The notes: a model not told the origin generated them from the letters alone. Counted from the stretch's first letter, positions 48,028 to 58,060 are shown. The stretch is DNA of 64,000 nucleotides from an uncultured virus (IMG/VR IMGVR_UViG_3300011756_000031) (IMGVR_UViG_3300011756_000031); one strand, 5' to 3'. Made by a program: numbers and translations.

Positions 48028-48822
48028 ATGGGGCCTTTAGTTATCATGGTCGTCTTGGTATGCGGGTTCTGGTACACGGAAAATCACTACCAGTCCCGCA
48101 TCCGGCAAGCAAGAAGTAACGGTTGGAATTCATATTTTTATGTAGCCATGCATGGCTGCAAGTTTGCCATACAGGGCTTTACTCTGGTAGCAATTACCTT
48201 CATTGCTCTGTTAATCCTAAGCACAGTTATCAATATTCTCGGCTTCATATGGCCTAAGTTCCATGCAGATTTTTATTCATGGCTTACAGATATAAAGGTA
48301 ATGTCTTATCCGCTGTTCTTTGTTTTGTCCATGGTTCTCGCTGTGTTTATTGCTTATGACCAAGGCAACAATGCACGCAAAGCACTTGAAAATGAAGAAA
48401 TAAGGCAGACTGCGTATCGCGAGATGGCTGCCCAAGATGGGATTGAGTCCCTGCTTGTGCAGGCCATTGATGAAGGTAAACTTATCTTTGTCACCCTTAA
48501 GTCCAGAAAAGTTTACATTGGTTATGTTGCCGCCCCCCGGATGGAGCATCAGGAAACTCAGCACCTTGCTCTCATACCATACATTAGCGGATATCGCGAT
48601 AAAGATACGCTGCGCTACCATGAGCAGCATCGTTACTATGAACTTTATCTCAGCAAGAACATTACAGCAGATTCATCACCATTGAATCTCAAGCATTTTA
48701 GGCATGTAATCCCTATGGAACAGGTTGAAAGTATTTCAATTTTCGATACTGAAACCTATAAATCTTTCGAAGACTTCTCCACACCCGAACCAGTGAAGAT
48801 AGAAAACTCTGGCAGTGCATGA
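48028..48822 (+). CDS. multi-TM protein with possible Sm-like C-terminal domain (hotspot cargo)
   Basis: About 3 TM helices followed by KLIFVTLKSRKVYIGYV...ISGYRD...VIPMEQVESIS. Confidence 0.7.
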   Translation: MGPLVIMVVLVCGFWYTENHYQSRIRQARSNGWNSYFYVAMHGCKFAIQGFTLVAITFIALLILSTVINILGFIWPKFHADFYSWLTDIKVMSYPLFFVLSMVLAVFIAYDQGNNARKALENEEIRQTAYREMAAQDGIESLLVQAIDEGKLIFVTLKSRKVYIGYVAAPRMEHQETQHLALIPYISGYRDKDTLRYHEQHRYYELYLSKNITADSSPLNLKHFRHVIPMEQVESISIFDTETYKSFEDFSTPEPVKIENSGSA

Positions 48823-48939
48823 CTATGCTGCATGAAATCGCATGATCGTTTAAGGATCGTTTTTGCTTAGGCCCGCCAGAACTGGCGGGCTTTTGCTTAT
48901 GTCATGCGCCTGCATGAAAACCGCTACCTAAAGCGGGCA

Positions 48940-48958
48940 GGCGTGGCGGGGATACGAG
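48940..48958 (+). other. P2/186-type cos site (19 nt)
   Basis: GGCGTGGCGGGGATACGAG resembles 186/P2 cohesive ends; preceded by GCATGA repeats and the CCCGCCAG..CTGGCGGG hairpin. Confidence 0.8.
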
Positions 48959-49175
48959 CGCGCGCAACGATGAGGAATGGTGAAAAACTGCATAGTACCC
49001 AGCTCTCTTGCGGATGCTATCTGTGAAGAAGAGTAATTGCAGTCAAAAAAAGCATCCGCAACATTTTGTCTTCGAACTAATAGGGTTGGTGTTGTTGCAG
49101 AGGCTGAACTTGCCGAAAAACGTTTTGAGAAGTAACTTATGTTCAACTATCTAACAAATTCGATAAGGACTGGCT

Positions 49176-50615
49176 ATGACGCCGAAGGTTTTTATATCAT
49201 ATAGTTGGAGCAGCCCCGCACATAAGGAAAGAGTTAAAGCAATAGCTGATAGGCTCTTGAGTGATGGGGTAGATGTTGTCATTGATATTTATGATTTAAA
49301 GGAAGGCTATGATAAAAACGCATTCATGGAAAAAATGGTTGTTGATAAAACCATTACCAATGTTCTTGTGATGTGTGATTCAGTTTACGCTGCAAAAGCC
49401 GATAATAAACAAAGTGGAGTAGGAACGGAATCACAAATTATCTCTCAACATGTTTATACAAAAGTTGAACAATCAAAGTTTATACCGATTGTGTGTGAGT
49501 ATGATGAAAACTCAGAGCCATGCCTTCCTGTCTTTATGAGTTCGTTAATATGGATCGATCTATCTACGCCTGAGAAAGAAAACCATAATTGGGAGAGGTT
49601 GGTTAGACTTCTTAATGGAAAGCCCGCCGATATAAAACCTAAAATTGGGAAAAGGCCGAGTTACTTAGATAGCGGGCAGTACGAACCAGTAAGTGAACCT
49701 CACGCGAAATTTAACAGCTTAAAGCAAGCTATTTTGCAAAATAAACCAGGCGTAAATTATTTTCGACGTGATTTTGTTGATGCAGCAATTAGTTACCTTG
49801 ACGGGATGAAGATTCGAACTCGTCCAGAAGATACTGGCTTGCTAAGCTTGGGTAAGAAAATAATTAGTGACGTTGCGGCGATGAAGCCTATCAGAGATTA
49901 CATATGTGAATGGATTACGCTTGAGGCAGAGTTTACGAAAGAAGATGACTATTCAAAAGAACTTATTAAATTTCTTGAAAAACTTCTTTTACTTACCGAG
50001 GTTCCTAGTACGCTAACTTCGTATCAAACCAACTGGTATGATGCACAAAAGGTATTTGCATATGAGGTATTCTTATATTCAGTTGCCATATTAATTAAGT
50101 TGGAAAAATTCCAATTACTACGCTCAGTTTTATCTGCGCGGTTTCTCTCAGGCGACAAGAATCTACCGCCAGAGCATAGGCTCGAATCAATTAATGCTTT
50201 TTTAACAGAGTCTGAAACCTTGCAAGCTGGGTTGGAAGAGAAATCGAAGTATTTTTCTCCTGCTGCAGAATTAATAAAGAGAAATGCCGATAGGGATGAT
50301 ATTGTTTTTGGTGATCTTATCCAAGCTGATGTGATGGTTCTTTTTTATTCATTCTGCAATGAAGGTGTTTATTGGTATCCAAATACTATTCATTATGCGA
50401 ACTATAGTTATAGGCCTGAATTTTTTGTTAGAGCGACGCAGCATCAATATTTTGAGTATTTATCAATGATTGCTGGGATAGCGTCAGCACAAGAAATTAA
50501 ATCAAAGATTAAGGCAGGTAATGAGAGGGTTAGGGTTTCTGGATTCAGGTATGGGCGTATGGGGTCCGATTTTGAAAATATGATGAATGCTGAGAGGCTT
50601 GATTCCATAAAATGA
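49176..50615 (+). CDS. SEFIR/TIR-domain protein, candidate anti-phage gene
   Basis: KVFISYSW...H...V..IA.RL..DGVDV.ID.YDL..G.D...FME, GVGTE, KFIPIV. Confidence 0.85.
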   Translation: MTPKVFISYSWSSPAHKERVKAIADRLLSDGVDVVIDIYDLKEGYDKNAFMEKMVVDKTITNVLVMCDSVYAAKADNKQSGVGTESQIISQHVYTKVEQSKFIPIVCEYDENSEPCLPVFMSSLIWIDLSTPEKENHNWERLVRLLNGKPADIKPKIGKRPSYLDSGQYEPVSEPHAKFNSLKQAILQNKPGVNYFRRDFVDAAISYLDGMKIRTRPEDTGLLSLGKKIISDVAAMKPIRDYICEWITLEAEFTKEDDYSKELIKFLEKLLLLTEVPSTLTSYQTNWYDAQKVFAYEVFLYSVAILIKLEKFQLLRSVLSARFLSGDKNLPPEHRLESINAFLTESETLQAGLEEKSKYFSPAAELIKRNADRDDIVFGDLIQADVMVLFYSFCNEGVYWYPNTIHYANYSYRPEFFVRATQHQYFEYLSMIAGIASAQEIKSKIKAGNERVRVSGFRYGRMGSDFENMMNAERLDSIK

Positions 50616-50618
50616 TGT

Positions 50619-50640
50619 AAGCCGCTCTTAAGAGCGGCTT
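50619..50640. terminator. bidirectional terminator/palindrome between SEFIR gene and portal
   Basis: AAGCCGCTCTTAAGAGCGGCTT perfect palindrome. Confidence 0.6.
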
Positions 50641-50644
50641 GGTT

Positions 50645-51685
50645 TTAAATTACATCCCCTAAGATATATGGTTCGAACGAAATAATCTCATCCCCGACCC
50701 AATTATTCAGCTCCTGTAGGCGCTTCTGCAGCGGCATCAGTTCGTTGCGGACAAAGACGCGGCTGGCCTTTTCCACGTCACCAAAGCCGCCGGTATTATT
50801 TGGAATGATGCCCATCATTTGCGGCGGTACGCGGTGGGCGGCCATCATGTCATCACGGCTGACATTCTTGATATTCAGAAATTCATCCTTCGCCGCCACC
50901 TCTGACAGAGGAATGATCTGAATCCCGTCTTTTTTGCCGTTGGGCGAATACATGAACAGGTTGCGGAAGTTGCCCGGTCCTTTGGCGCTTTTCATGGCCT
51001 GGCGGATGTTGTTCACGTCCTCCTGGTTCTGCGCGGCATCGGTCATGTACATGATGAAACCCGCATGGCTGCCGTTAATGTAATACTTCCGGCGGAACAG
51101 CGTAGCGGACTCGTTGAGCAGGGCGGACGGAATGGCTGAGAGGTAGCCGGGCAGCCCGTAGATTTCCTGGTTAATGTCAGGTTCAAGAAGATGGAAAATG
51201 CTTCCTGACGTGAATTCGTAGGGCTGCGTGGTGAATCCGTACTGCACAAACCAGTAGGTGTCCAGGTCAACGCCACGGCGGGTATATTTTGCCAAGGCTG
51301 GCTCCAGCGAGAGAATGCCGCCGAGCCGGTTGGTGCGCTTCTCAAGGTAGGCGTTACCGAATACCAGATAGTCCTGAACGAAACGGGAAAAGGCCTGCTG
51401 GCTAAGCAGGCGATGCGGGATAAAGGTACTGCTGAGAATGTCACGCTTAACGGCGATCGGTGAGCTGTGATGCACGGCGGCACGGTAGGTGCGTGCCAGA
51501 CCATCAAAACTCACTGGCGGCTCATACCAGCGGTCCATCTGCACGCACTCCACGTAATCGAGCAATTCCCGGCGGTCAAGTACCGGGATCGGATCGCCAA
51601 AGCTGAATGCTTCTGCCGTTGTCGCGCCGCTGTTCTGTTGAACGCTCTGTTTAGCAGGAGCGCTGTTTTTATTCCTCTTGCCCAT
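50645..51685 (-). CDS. Q: portal protein gpQ
   Basis: WYEPPVS, FGNAYLE, LNESATLFRRKYY.NGSHAG. Confidence 0.95.
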   Translation of the reverse strand: MGKRNKNSAPAKQSVQQNSGATTAEAFSFGDPIPVLDRRELLDYVECVQMDRWYEPPVSFDGLARTYRAAVHHSSPIAVKRDILSSTFIPHRLLSQQAFSRFVQDYLVFGNAYLEKRTNRLGGILSLEPALAKYTRRGVDLDTYWFVQYGFTTQPYEFTSGSIFHLLEPDINQEIYGLPGYLSAIPSALLNESATLFRRKYYINGSHAGFIMYMTDAAQNQEDVNNIRQAMKSAKGPGNFRNLFMYSPNGKKDGIQIIPLSEVAAKDEFLNIKNVSRDDMMAAHRVPPQMMGIIPNNTGGFGDVEKASRVFVRNELMPLQKRLQELNNWVGDEIISFEPYILGDVI

Positions 51686-53451
51686 CAAAAAATCTCCACA
51701 ATGTTACTGGTGTTGGCGGCCTCGCCCTGCAGCGGTTCGTTAAACAGTGCGTGCATCGTTGCCCAGGCCAGATCAGCATGGCTGGCTTCCTCGCTGCGGC
51801 TTGCTTCGTAGGTGGGGCGGTTGCCACTGGCGGTTGTGGCACGGCGGATAGCCATGAAAGACTGCGCAATGTCGGTGTGCCCGGCGTCAAACTCCAGGCG
51901 GCGGTGGCTGATAATGTCGTAGGCCTTGAGCACCAGGGCATTTTTGACATTGGGGTTGTAGACAAACTCCCGTACCGCCGGGAAGAACGCTTTGACGTTT
52001 TCATAAACGCCGTGGCCGACGCCGGTCGAGTCGATGCCGATATAGGTCACGTTGTACTGCTGCGTTAGCTTCTTGATCGCGTCAGCCTGCGCGCGGAAGT
52101 CCATTCCGCGCCACTGGTGCCGCTCAAGAATGCGGAACTTGCCGCCCGGCACGGCTGGCGGAGCCATGACCACGCATCCGGCGCTGTCGCCGTTCTGCGT
52201 ACCTTTCGCCGGGTCATAGCCGATCCAGACTTCGCGCCAGCCAAACGGGCGCAACGCCAGCGCCTGAAAATCGGACCAGACCTCCCAGCTGTCCACCATG
52301 CACGCCTGCAGCTCGCTGAGCGGGAACACCGACGCCAGATCGTCAATAAATTCGCACATCAGCAGGTTCTGGTACTCGTCCGGGCTGTACTCCATGCGCA
52401 ACTGGTCCAGGTCGAACAGGTTACAGCCGCCGCGCACCGCATCCTCCACGGTGACGATCTGGCGGTACTGACCGTCAGGGCAGAGGAGGCCGGGGGCAAG
52501 GCTGCCGTGAGTCAGGTCAATATCCACCTTGTCGGCTTTGTTGCGGCCCCGGTTGAACAGTGCGCCGGACCAGAACGGATAGGCGCTGTGGGTCAGGCTA
52601 GATGGCGTGGAAAAATAGGTCTGTCGCCATTTTTTGTGAATGGCCATACCGGACGCAACCTTGCGCAGTTCCTGGAATTTCGGAATCCAGAAATATTCAT
52701 CCAGGTACAGGTTGCCGTGGTAGCTCTGCGCCGTGCGGGCGTTGGTGCCGAGGAAGTACAGGCACGCGCCGTTGCTGAGCGTCATCGGGTCGCCTTTCAG
52801 CTCCACATCCACCTCTTTTGCAAAGTCGATGATGTACTGTTTAAAGACGTGCGCCTGCGCCTTGCTGGCTGAGAGGAAAATCTGGTTGCGGCCGGTGGTG
52901 ATGGCGTCAATCAGCGCCTCCCGGGCAAAAAAGAAAGTCGCCCCGATCTGGCGTGATTTAAGCAGGTTGCGGATACGGTGGCGGTTGCCTGCCTCATACC
53001 AGTGGCGCTGGTAGGCGAACATCGAGCCGTGGAAAACCTCCTGCAGCTTCTCGATCTGTTCGTCGGTAAAAACGTTCTTTTCAGGCTGACGGCGCGGACC
53101 CTTGTTGCGGTTGGCTACGTTCGGGTTTAAATCCGCCTCGTTCCCGCCGTCGTTGAATTTACCGATCCGGGCGTGGCGCTCTGACTGGCGCGCCAGCAGG
53201 TCAATTTCCTTGAAGTCTTTCCCTTCTTTCTGCTCCTTCATAATGAGCTGGCAGTAACGCGCGGCGGTAGTGAGCTGCATCTGATCCAGCGGCCCATAGT
53301 CGCCCCACTTGTCGCGCTTCTTCCAGCTGTGAACGGTTGCAACTTTCTCGCCCAGCATTTCAGCAATGCGGGCTACGCGGTATCCCTGAAAGTACAGCAG
53401 CATGGCCTGCCGACGGGGATCGAGGTCTGCGGGGGTCAGTGTTGTGTTCAT
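51685..53451 (-). CDS. P: terminase ATPase subunit gpP
   Basis: LKSRQIGAT, YLDEYFW, HADLAWA. Confidence 0.96.
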   Translation of the reverse strand: MNTTLTPADLDPRRQAMLLYFQGYRVARIAEMLGEKVATVHSWKKRDKWGDYGPLDQMQLTTAARYCQLIMKEQKEGKDFKEIDLLARQSERHARIGKFNDGGNEADLNPNVANRNKGPRRQPEKNVFTDEQIEKLQEVFHGSMFAYQRHWYEAGNRHRIRNLLKSRQIGATFFFAREALIDAITTGRNQIFLSASKAQAHVFKQYIIDFAKEVDVELKGDPMTLSNGACLYFLGTNARTAQSYHGNLYLDEYFWIPKFQELRKVASGMAIHKKWRQTYFSTPSSLTHSAYPFWSGALFNRGRNKADKVDIDLTHGSLAPGLLCPDGQYRQIVTVEDAVRGGCNLFDLDQLRMEYSPDEYQNLLMCEFIDDLASVFPLSELQACMVDSWEVWSDFQALALRPFGWREVWIGYDPAKGTQNGDSAGCVVMAPPAVPGGKFRILERHQWRGMDFRAQADAIKKLTQQYNVTYIGIDSTGVGHGVYENVKAFFPAVREFVYNPNVKNALVLKAYDIISHRRLEFDAGHTDIAQSFMAIRRATTASGNRPTYEASRSEEASHADLAWATMHALFNEPLQGEAANTSNIVEIF

Positions 53452-53497
53452 GGCACAAGCCTACGGCCTTGACAGTGCGCTTTCCCCGGCTGCGGTT

Positions 53498-53515
53498 TGT
53501 ATGGCCGACCGCACA
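53498..53515. promoter_or_regulatory. Ogr/B late-activator site between divergent P and O
   Basis: TGT-N12-ACA (TGTATGGCCGACCGCACA). Confidence 0.7.
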
Positions 53516-53593
53516 AGCGCCGCGCGTTGTTTCACTCCCCCCATCACCGCAACCATAAGGCTCCAGTAAGTTTTTTCTAACGGAGCAAGGCTC

Positions 53594-54427
53594 ATGACAG
53601 TGAAAGCAAAGCGTTTCCGTATCGGGGTGGAAGGTGCCACCACCGACGGGCGCGAAATCCAGCGTGAATGGCTGGAGCAGATGGCGGCCAGCTACAACCC
53701 GGAGGTCTACACCGCGCTGATTAACCTTGAGCACATCAAGTCTTATCTGCCGGAAAGCATCTTTAACCGCTACGGCAGGGTGGCGGCACTGGTTGCCGAA
53801 GAAATTCAGGACGGCCCGCTGAAAGGGAAATTGGCGCTGTATGCCGACGTGGAGCCGACCAGCTCACTGGTTGAACTGGTCAAGAAAGGCCAGAAGCTTT
53901 TCACATCCATGGAAGTCAGCCCGAAGTTTGCCGACACCGGCAAAGCCTACCTTGTTGGCCTGGCCGCCACTGACGATCCGGCGAGCCTGGGCACCGAAAT
54001 GCTGACCTTCAGCGCCAGCGCCGCACGAAACCCGCTGGCAAACCGCAAACAGAATCCTGAAAACCTGTTTACCGCCGCCGAAGAAACGCTGATCGAACTG
54101 GAAGAAACTCAGGGCGAAAAACCGTCCCTCTTTGCCCGTGTCACTGCGCTGTTTACCAAAAAAGAGCAGACCGATGATGCGCGTTTTTCAGATGTGCATA
54201 AAGCCGTTGAGCTGGTCGCCACCGAACAGCAGAACCTGAGCGAGCGCACTGATAAATCCCTGTCCGACCAGGACGCGCGCATTTCTGAGCTTGAAACTTC
54301 GCTGCAGGAGCAGCAGTCCGCCTTTGCCGAGCTTCAGCAGCAGCTGAGCCTTGAAGACAGCCGTAAAGATTACCGCCAGCGCGCGCCGGGCGGTGACGCA
54401 CCGGCAGGCACCCTGACCAATTGCTGA
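53594..54427 (+). CDS. O: capsid scaffolding protein gpO
   Basis: FRIGVEGATTDGR, GLAATDDPASLGTE. Confidence 0.95.
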   Translation: MTVKAKRFRIGVEGATTDGREIQREWLEQMAASYNPEVYTALINLEHIKSYLPESIFNRYGRVAALVAEEIQDGPLKGKLALYADVEPTSSLVELVKKGQKLFTSMEVSPKFADTGKAYLVGLAATDDPASLGTEMLTFSASAARNPLANRKQNPENLFTAAEETLIELEETQGEKPSLFARVTALFTKKEQTDDARFSDVHKAVELVATEQQNLSERTDKSLSDQDARISELETSLQEQQSAFAELQQQLSLEDSRKDYRQRAPGGDAPAGTLTNC

Positions 54428-54443
54428 TGGAGCATAAAACCCG

Positions 54444-55505
54444 ATGAAAAAGAATACCCGCTTTGCCTTTAACGCTTACCTGCAGCAGCTGGCGCGTCTG
54501 AACGGTGTGGAAGTTGAAGAGCTTTCCAGCAAATTCACCGTAGAGCCGTCCGTGCAGCAGACGCTGGAAGACCAGATCCAGCAGTCCGCCGCTTTCCTGA
54601 CGCTGATTAACATCACGCCGGTTGCGGAGCAGTCCGGGCAGCTGCTTGGCCTGGGCGTAGGTTCCACCATTGCCGGAACCACCGACACCACCACCAAAGA
54701 GCGCGAACCTACCGATCCGATGCTGATGGAGGATGTGGAATATAAATGCGAACAGACCAACTTTGACACGGTGCTGACCTACGCAAAGCTGGACCTTTGG
54801 GCGAAATACCAGGACTTCCAGGTGCGTGTGCGCAATGCCATCGTCAAGCGCCAGGCACTGGACCGCATCATGATCGGCTTCAACGGCGTGAAGCGCGCCA
54901 AAACCTCCAACCGCGAAGAAAACCCGCTGCTGCAGGATGTGAATAAGGGCTGGCTGCAGAAAATCCGCGAAGACGCGCCGGACCACGTTATGGGCAGTAC
55001 CACCCAGAACGGCACCACCACCGCAGGCGCGGTGAAGGTGGGTAAGGGCGGCGACTATGCCAACCTGGACGCCGTGGTGATGGATGCGGTAAACGAGCTG
55101 ATCGATGTGGTTTACCAGGACGATGACGAACTGGTGGTTATCTGCGGACGTGAACTGCTGTCTGACAAGTATTTCCCGCTGGTTAACAAAGAGCAGGAGA
55201 ACAGCGAGAAAATCGCCGCCGATCTGATTATCAGCCAGAAACGCATGGGCGGTCTGCAGGCGGTGCGCGCGCCTTTCTTCCCGGCGAATGCCCTGATGAT
55301 CACCCGCCTGGATAACCTGTCCATCTACTGGCAGGAGGACACCCGCCGCCGTTCTGTTATCGACAACCCGAAGCGTGACCGGATCGAAAACTTTGAGTCC
55401 GTCAACGAAGCGTATGTGATTGAAGACTATCGCTGCGCGGCACTGGTCGAAAACATCGAAATCGGTGATCACACTGCGCCAGCTGCGCCGGAAGGTGGGG
55501 AATAA
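54444..55505 (+). CDS. N: major capsid protein gpN
   Basis: F.VEPSVQQ.LE, ALDRIMIGFNG, NPLLQDVN.GWLQ. Confidence 0.96.
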   Translation: MKKNTRFAFNAYLQQLARLNGVEVEELSSKFTVEPSVQQTLEDQIQQSAAFLTLINITPVAEQSGQLLGLGVGSTIAGTTDTTTKEREPTDPMLMEDVEYKCEQTNFDTVLTYAKLDLWAKYQDFQVRVRNAIVKRQALDRIMIGFNGVKRAKTSNREENPLLQDVNKGWLQKIREDAPDHVMGSTTQNGTTTAGAVKVGKGGDYANLDAVVMDAVNELIDVVYQDDDELVVICGRELLSDKYFPLVNKEQENSEKIAADLIISQKRMGGLQAVRAPFFPANALMITRLDNLSIYWQEDTRRRSVIDNPKRDRIENFESVNEAYVIEDYRCAALVENIEIGDHTAPAAPEGGE

Positions 55506-55508
55506 CGC

Positions 55509-56159
55509 ATGAGCCTGAGTCCCGCACGGCAGCACCGCCTGCGCATTCAGGCCGAACAGGCCGCCCGGGAGGGCGGCAGTGTTCGCCATGCGTCCGGCTA
55601 TGACCTGATGCTGCTCCAGCTCGCAGAAGACCGCCGCCGCCTTAAGGGCGTCCAGTCCACCGTGAAAAAGGCTGCAATCAAGGTGGAGCTTCTGCCGAAG
55701 TATGCCGCCTGGGCGGAGGGCGTGCTGGCTGCCGGAGGTGCGCAGCAGGATGACGTGCTGATGTACGTGATGCTGTGGCGTATCGATGCCGGTGATTATG
55801 CCGGTGCGCTGGAAATAGGGCGTCATGCGCTGCGCCATGGCTGGGTGATGCCGCTGGGAAACCGCAACGTGCAGACCGTCCTGGCGGAAGAAATGGCGGA
55901 CGCCGCACAAAGCGCCCTGCTGGCCGCCACCGGTTTTGATGCCGATCTGCTCCTGCAGACGCTGGATCTGACAAGCGATCTGGATATGCCGGACCAGTCC
56001 CGGGCGCGCCTGCATAAAGCCATCGGCGCGGTACTGAGCGAAAGTAACCCGGCTTCTGCCCTGAATCACCTTACCCATGCGCTGCAGCTCGATCCCCGAT
56101 GCGGCGTGAAAAAAGAAAAGCAGCAGCTGGAGCGCAAATTGCGCAGTGACAGCCGCTAA
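55509..56159 (+). CDS. M: terminase endonuclease subunit gpM
   Basis: SPARQH, W.IDAGDY..AL, GVKK. Confidence 0.93.
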   Translation: MSLSPARQHRLRIQAEQAAREGGSVRHASGYDLMLLQLAEDRRRLKGVQSTVKKAAIKVELLPKYAAWAEGVLAAGGAQQDDVLMYVMLWRIDAGDYAGALEIGRHALRHGWVMPLGNRNVQTVLAEEMADAAQSALLAATGFDADLLLQTLDLTSDLDMPDQSRARLHKAIGAVLSESNPASALNHLTHALQLDPRCGVKKEKQQLERKLRSDSR

Positions 56160-56252
56160 AGAACGTGCCCCGCGCACGGGCGGCACGGGGTGGCGAAAGG
56201 CATTGCCACATCAAAACCCCGTCCACCGCCCACTATTTCAGGAGAAAGCCGA

Positions 56253-56717
56253 ATGCAGTTTATTGCGCCAGAGCAGGCACCCGAACAGGCGGACGTTATT
56301 AAAAATACGCCGTTCTGGCCTGATGTGGACCTGTCGGAATTTCGTAGCGTGATGCGCACTGACGGCACGGTGACGCAGCCACGTCTCAGGCAGGTTGCAC
56401 TAACAGCAATTTCTGAGGTTAACGCTGAACTGTACGACTTCCGCAACCGCCAGCAAATGCTGGGCTGTAAAGCCCTGGCTGATGTGCCGTCAGAAATGCT
56501 GGACGGCAGAAGTCAGCGCATTCAGCACTACCTTAACGCCGTTTATTGCTGGGCGCGTGCCGTGCTCAATGAGCGTTATCAGGATTATGACGCCACGGCA
56601 TCAGGAGTGAAACGAGGGGAGGAGCTGGCGGAGGCCAGCGGCGATCTGTGGCGCGATGCCCGCTGGGCTATCAGCCGGGTGCAGGATGCACCGCACTGCA
56701 CGGTGGAGCTTATCTGA
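56253..56717 (+). CDS. L: head completion protein gpL
   Basis: N.PFWPD, R.DGTVT..RL, TVELI. Confidence 0.92.
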   Translation: MQFIAPEQAPEQADVIKNTPFWPDVDLSEFRSVMRTDGTVTQPRLRQVALTAISEVNAELYDFRNRQQMLGCKALADVPSEMLDGRSQRIQHYLNAVYCWARAVLNERYQDYDATASGVKRGEELAEASGDLWRDARWAISRVQDAPHCTVELI

Positions 56718-56920
56718 TGAAAGTGCGTGCGCACCAGTATGACACGGTGGACGCGCTTTGCTGGCGTCATTACGGGCGCACGCAGGGTGTCACTGAGCAG
56801 GTTCTGCAGGCAAATCCGGGGCTGGCTGAGCATGGCCCTTTTTTACCGCACGGGCTGCAGGTGGAAATGCCGGATATACCGGCAGCAACCACGGCGCAGA
56901 CCGTCCAGCTATGGGACTGA
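56717..56920 (+). CDS. X: tail protein X
   Basis: DTVDALCWRHYG, ANPGLA, VQLWD. Confidence 0.93.
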   Translation: MKVRAHQYDTVDALCWRHYGRTQGVTEQVLQANPGLAEHGPFLPHGLQVEMPDIPAATTAQTVQLWD

Positions 56921-56923
56921 AAT

Positions 56924-57139
56924 ATGACGCTTGAACGAATCAGCGCCTTTATCACTTACTGCATCGCCTTGCTGCTGGCATACCTGGGCGATCTGTCACT
57001 TAAGGATGCGTCAACAGTTGGTGGCGTGCTGATAGGTGTGCTGATGCTGGCGATCAACTGGTACTACAAACACAAAACCTACCAGCTGCTGCGCAGCGGG
57101 CAAATCACGCGGGGGGAGTATGAATCCTTCAATCGTTAA
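56924..57139 (+). CDS. holin
   Basis: 2 TM helices, INWYYK. Confidence 0.85.
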   Translation: MTLERISAFITYCIALLLAYLGDLSLKDASTVGGVLIGVLMLAINWYYKHKTYQLLRSGQITRGEYESFNR

Positions 57140-57635
57140 GCGCTGCCTTGTCGGGGCGGTGCTGGCTATCGCCGCCACGCTGCCCGGTTTCCAGTCGTTG
57201 AATACCTCCGTCGAGGGGCTGAAGCTGTTAGCCGATTTCGAGGGGTGCCGCCTGCAGCCTTATCAGTGCAGCGCGGGTGTCTGGACTGACGGGATCGGCA
57301 ATACGTCCGGCGTGGTGCCTGGTAAAACCATTACGGAAAGGCAGGCGGCGCAGGGGTTAATCAGCAATGTGTTGCTGACGGAAAAAAGGCTGGTTGCCTG
57401 CCTTAAGGTCAGACCCCCGCAGCATGTTTACGATGCGCTGGTAAGCATCGGCTTCAACGTGGGTACTGGCGCAATATGCCGATCCACCATGGTGTCCTAC
57501 ATCAACCGCCAGCAGTGGTGGCAGGCATGCAATGAGCTGCCGCGCTGGGTTTACGTCAACGGTAAGAAAAATAATGGGCTGGAGAACCGCCGCGCGCGGG
57601 AGCTGGCCTGGTGCTTGAAAGGTACTGGCATATGA
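57120..57635 (+). CDS. lysozyme-family endolysin (SAR-like N-terminus)
   Basis: FEGCRL.PYQCSAGVWT.G.G, FNVG, GL.NRR..E. Confidence 0.92.
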   Translation: MNPSIVKRCLVGAVLAIAATLPGFQSLNTSVEGLKLLADFEGCRLQPYQCSAGVWTDGIGNTSGVVPGKTITERQAAQGLISNVLLTEKRLVACLKVRPPQHVYDALVSIGFNVGTGAICRSTMVSYINRQQWWQACNELPRWVYVNGKKNNGLENRRARELAWCLKGTGI

Positions 57636-58060
57636 GCCGTGCGTTAGTGGTAGTGCTGGCGCTGACGCTCGCGGCGCTGAGCTGGCAGTCGTGGCGGCTT
57701 AACAATGCCAGCCACACCATCGAGACGCAGGGCGCGGCGCTGAAAAGCAAAGCGCAGGAACTGACGAAGAAAAACAGCCAGCTGATCGGCCTGTCCATTC
57801 TGACCGAAACCAACAGCCGGGAGCAGACGCGGCTTTATGCGGCGGCGGAGCAGACCTCCGCGCTGCTGCGCAGTCGTCAGCATCGGATAGAGGAACTGAA
57901 ACGTGAAAATGAGGATTTGCGCCGCTGGGCTGACACTCCTTTGCCTGCTGATGTTATCCGGCTGCGGGAGCGTCCGGCCCTCGCCGGAGGTGCAGCTTAC
58001 CGTGATTGGCTGTCCCAGAGTGACGCATTGCCGCCTGGAAAGGTCAGCGCCGCGCAGTAA
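57632..58060 (+). CDS. lysB: LysB i-spanin
   Basis: TM plus coiled coil, ENE.LRRWADTPLP. Confidence 0.88.
   Translation: MSRALVVVLALTLAALSWQSWRLNNASHTIETQGAALKSKAQELTKKNSQLIGLSILTETNSREQTRLYAAAEQTSALLRSRQHRIEELKRENEDLRRWADTPLPADVIRLRERPALAGGAAYRDWLSQSDALPPGKVSAAQ

Noticed and set aside
47824..50615. Single three-gene TM + TIR operon
   Set aside because: The cos region and a terminator-like hairpin separate the pair from the SEFIR gene, so they are treated as two independent cargo units
54153..56186. 677-aa minus-strand ORF
   Set aside because: Antisense shadow of the well-conserved O/N/M genes with no motifs; the same applies to most other antisense ORFs in the GC-rich structural genes
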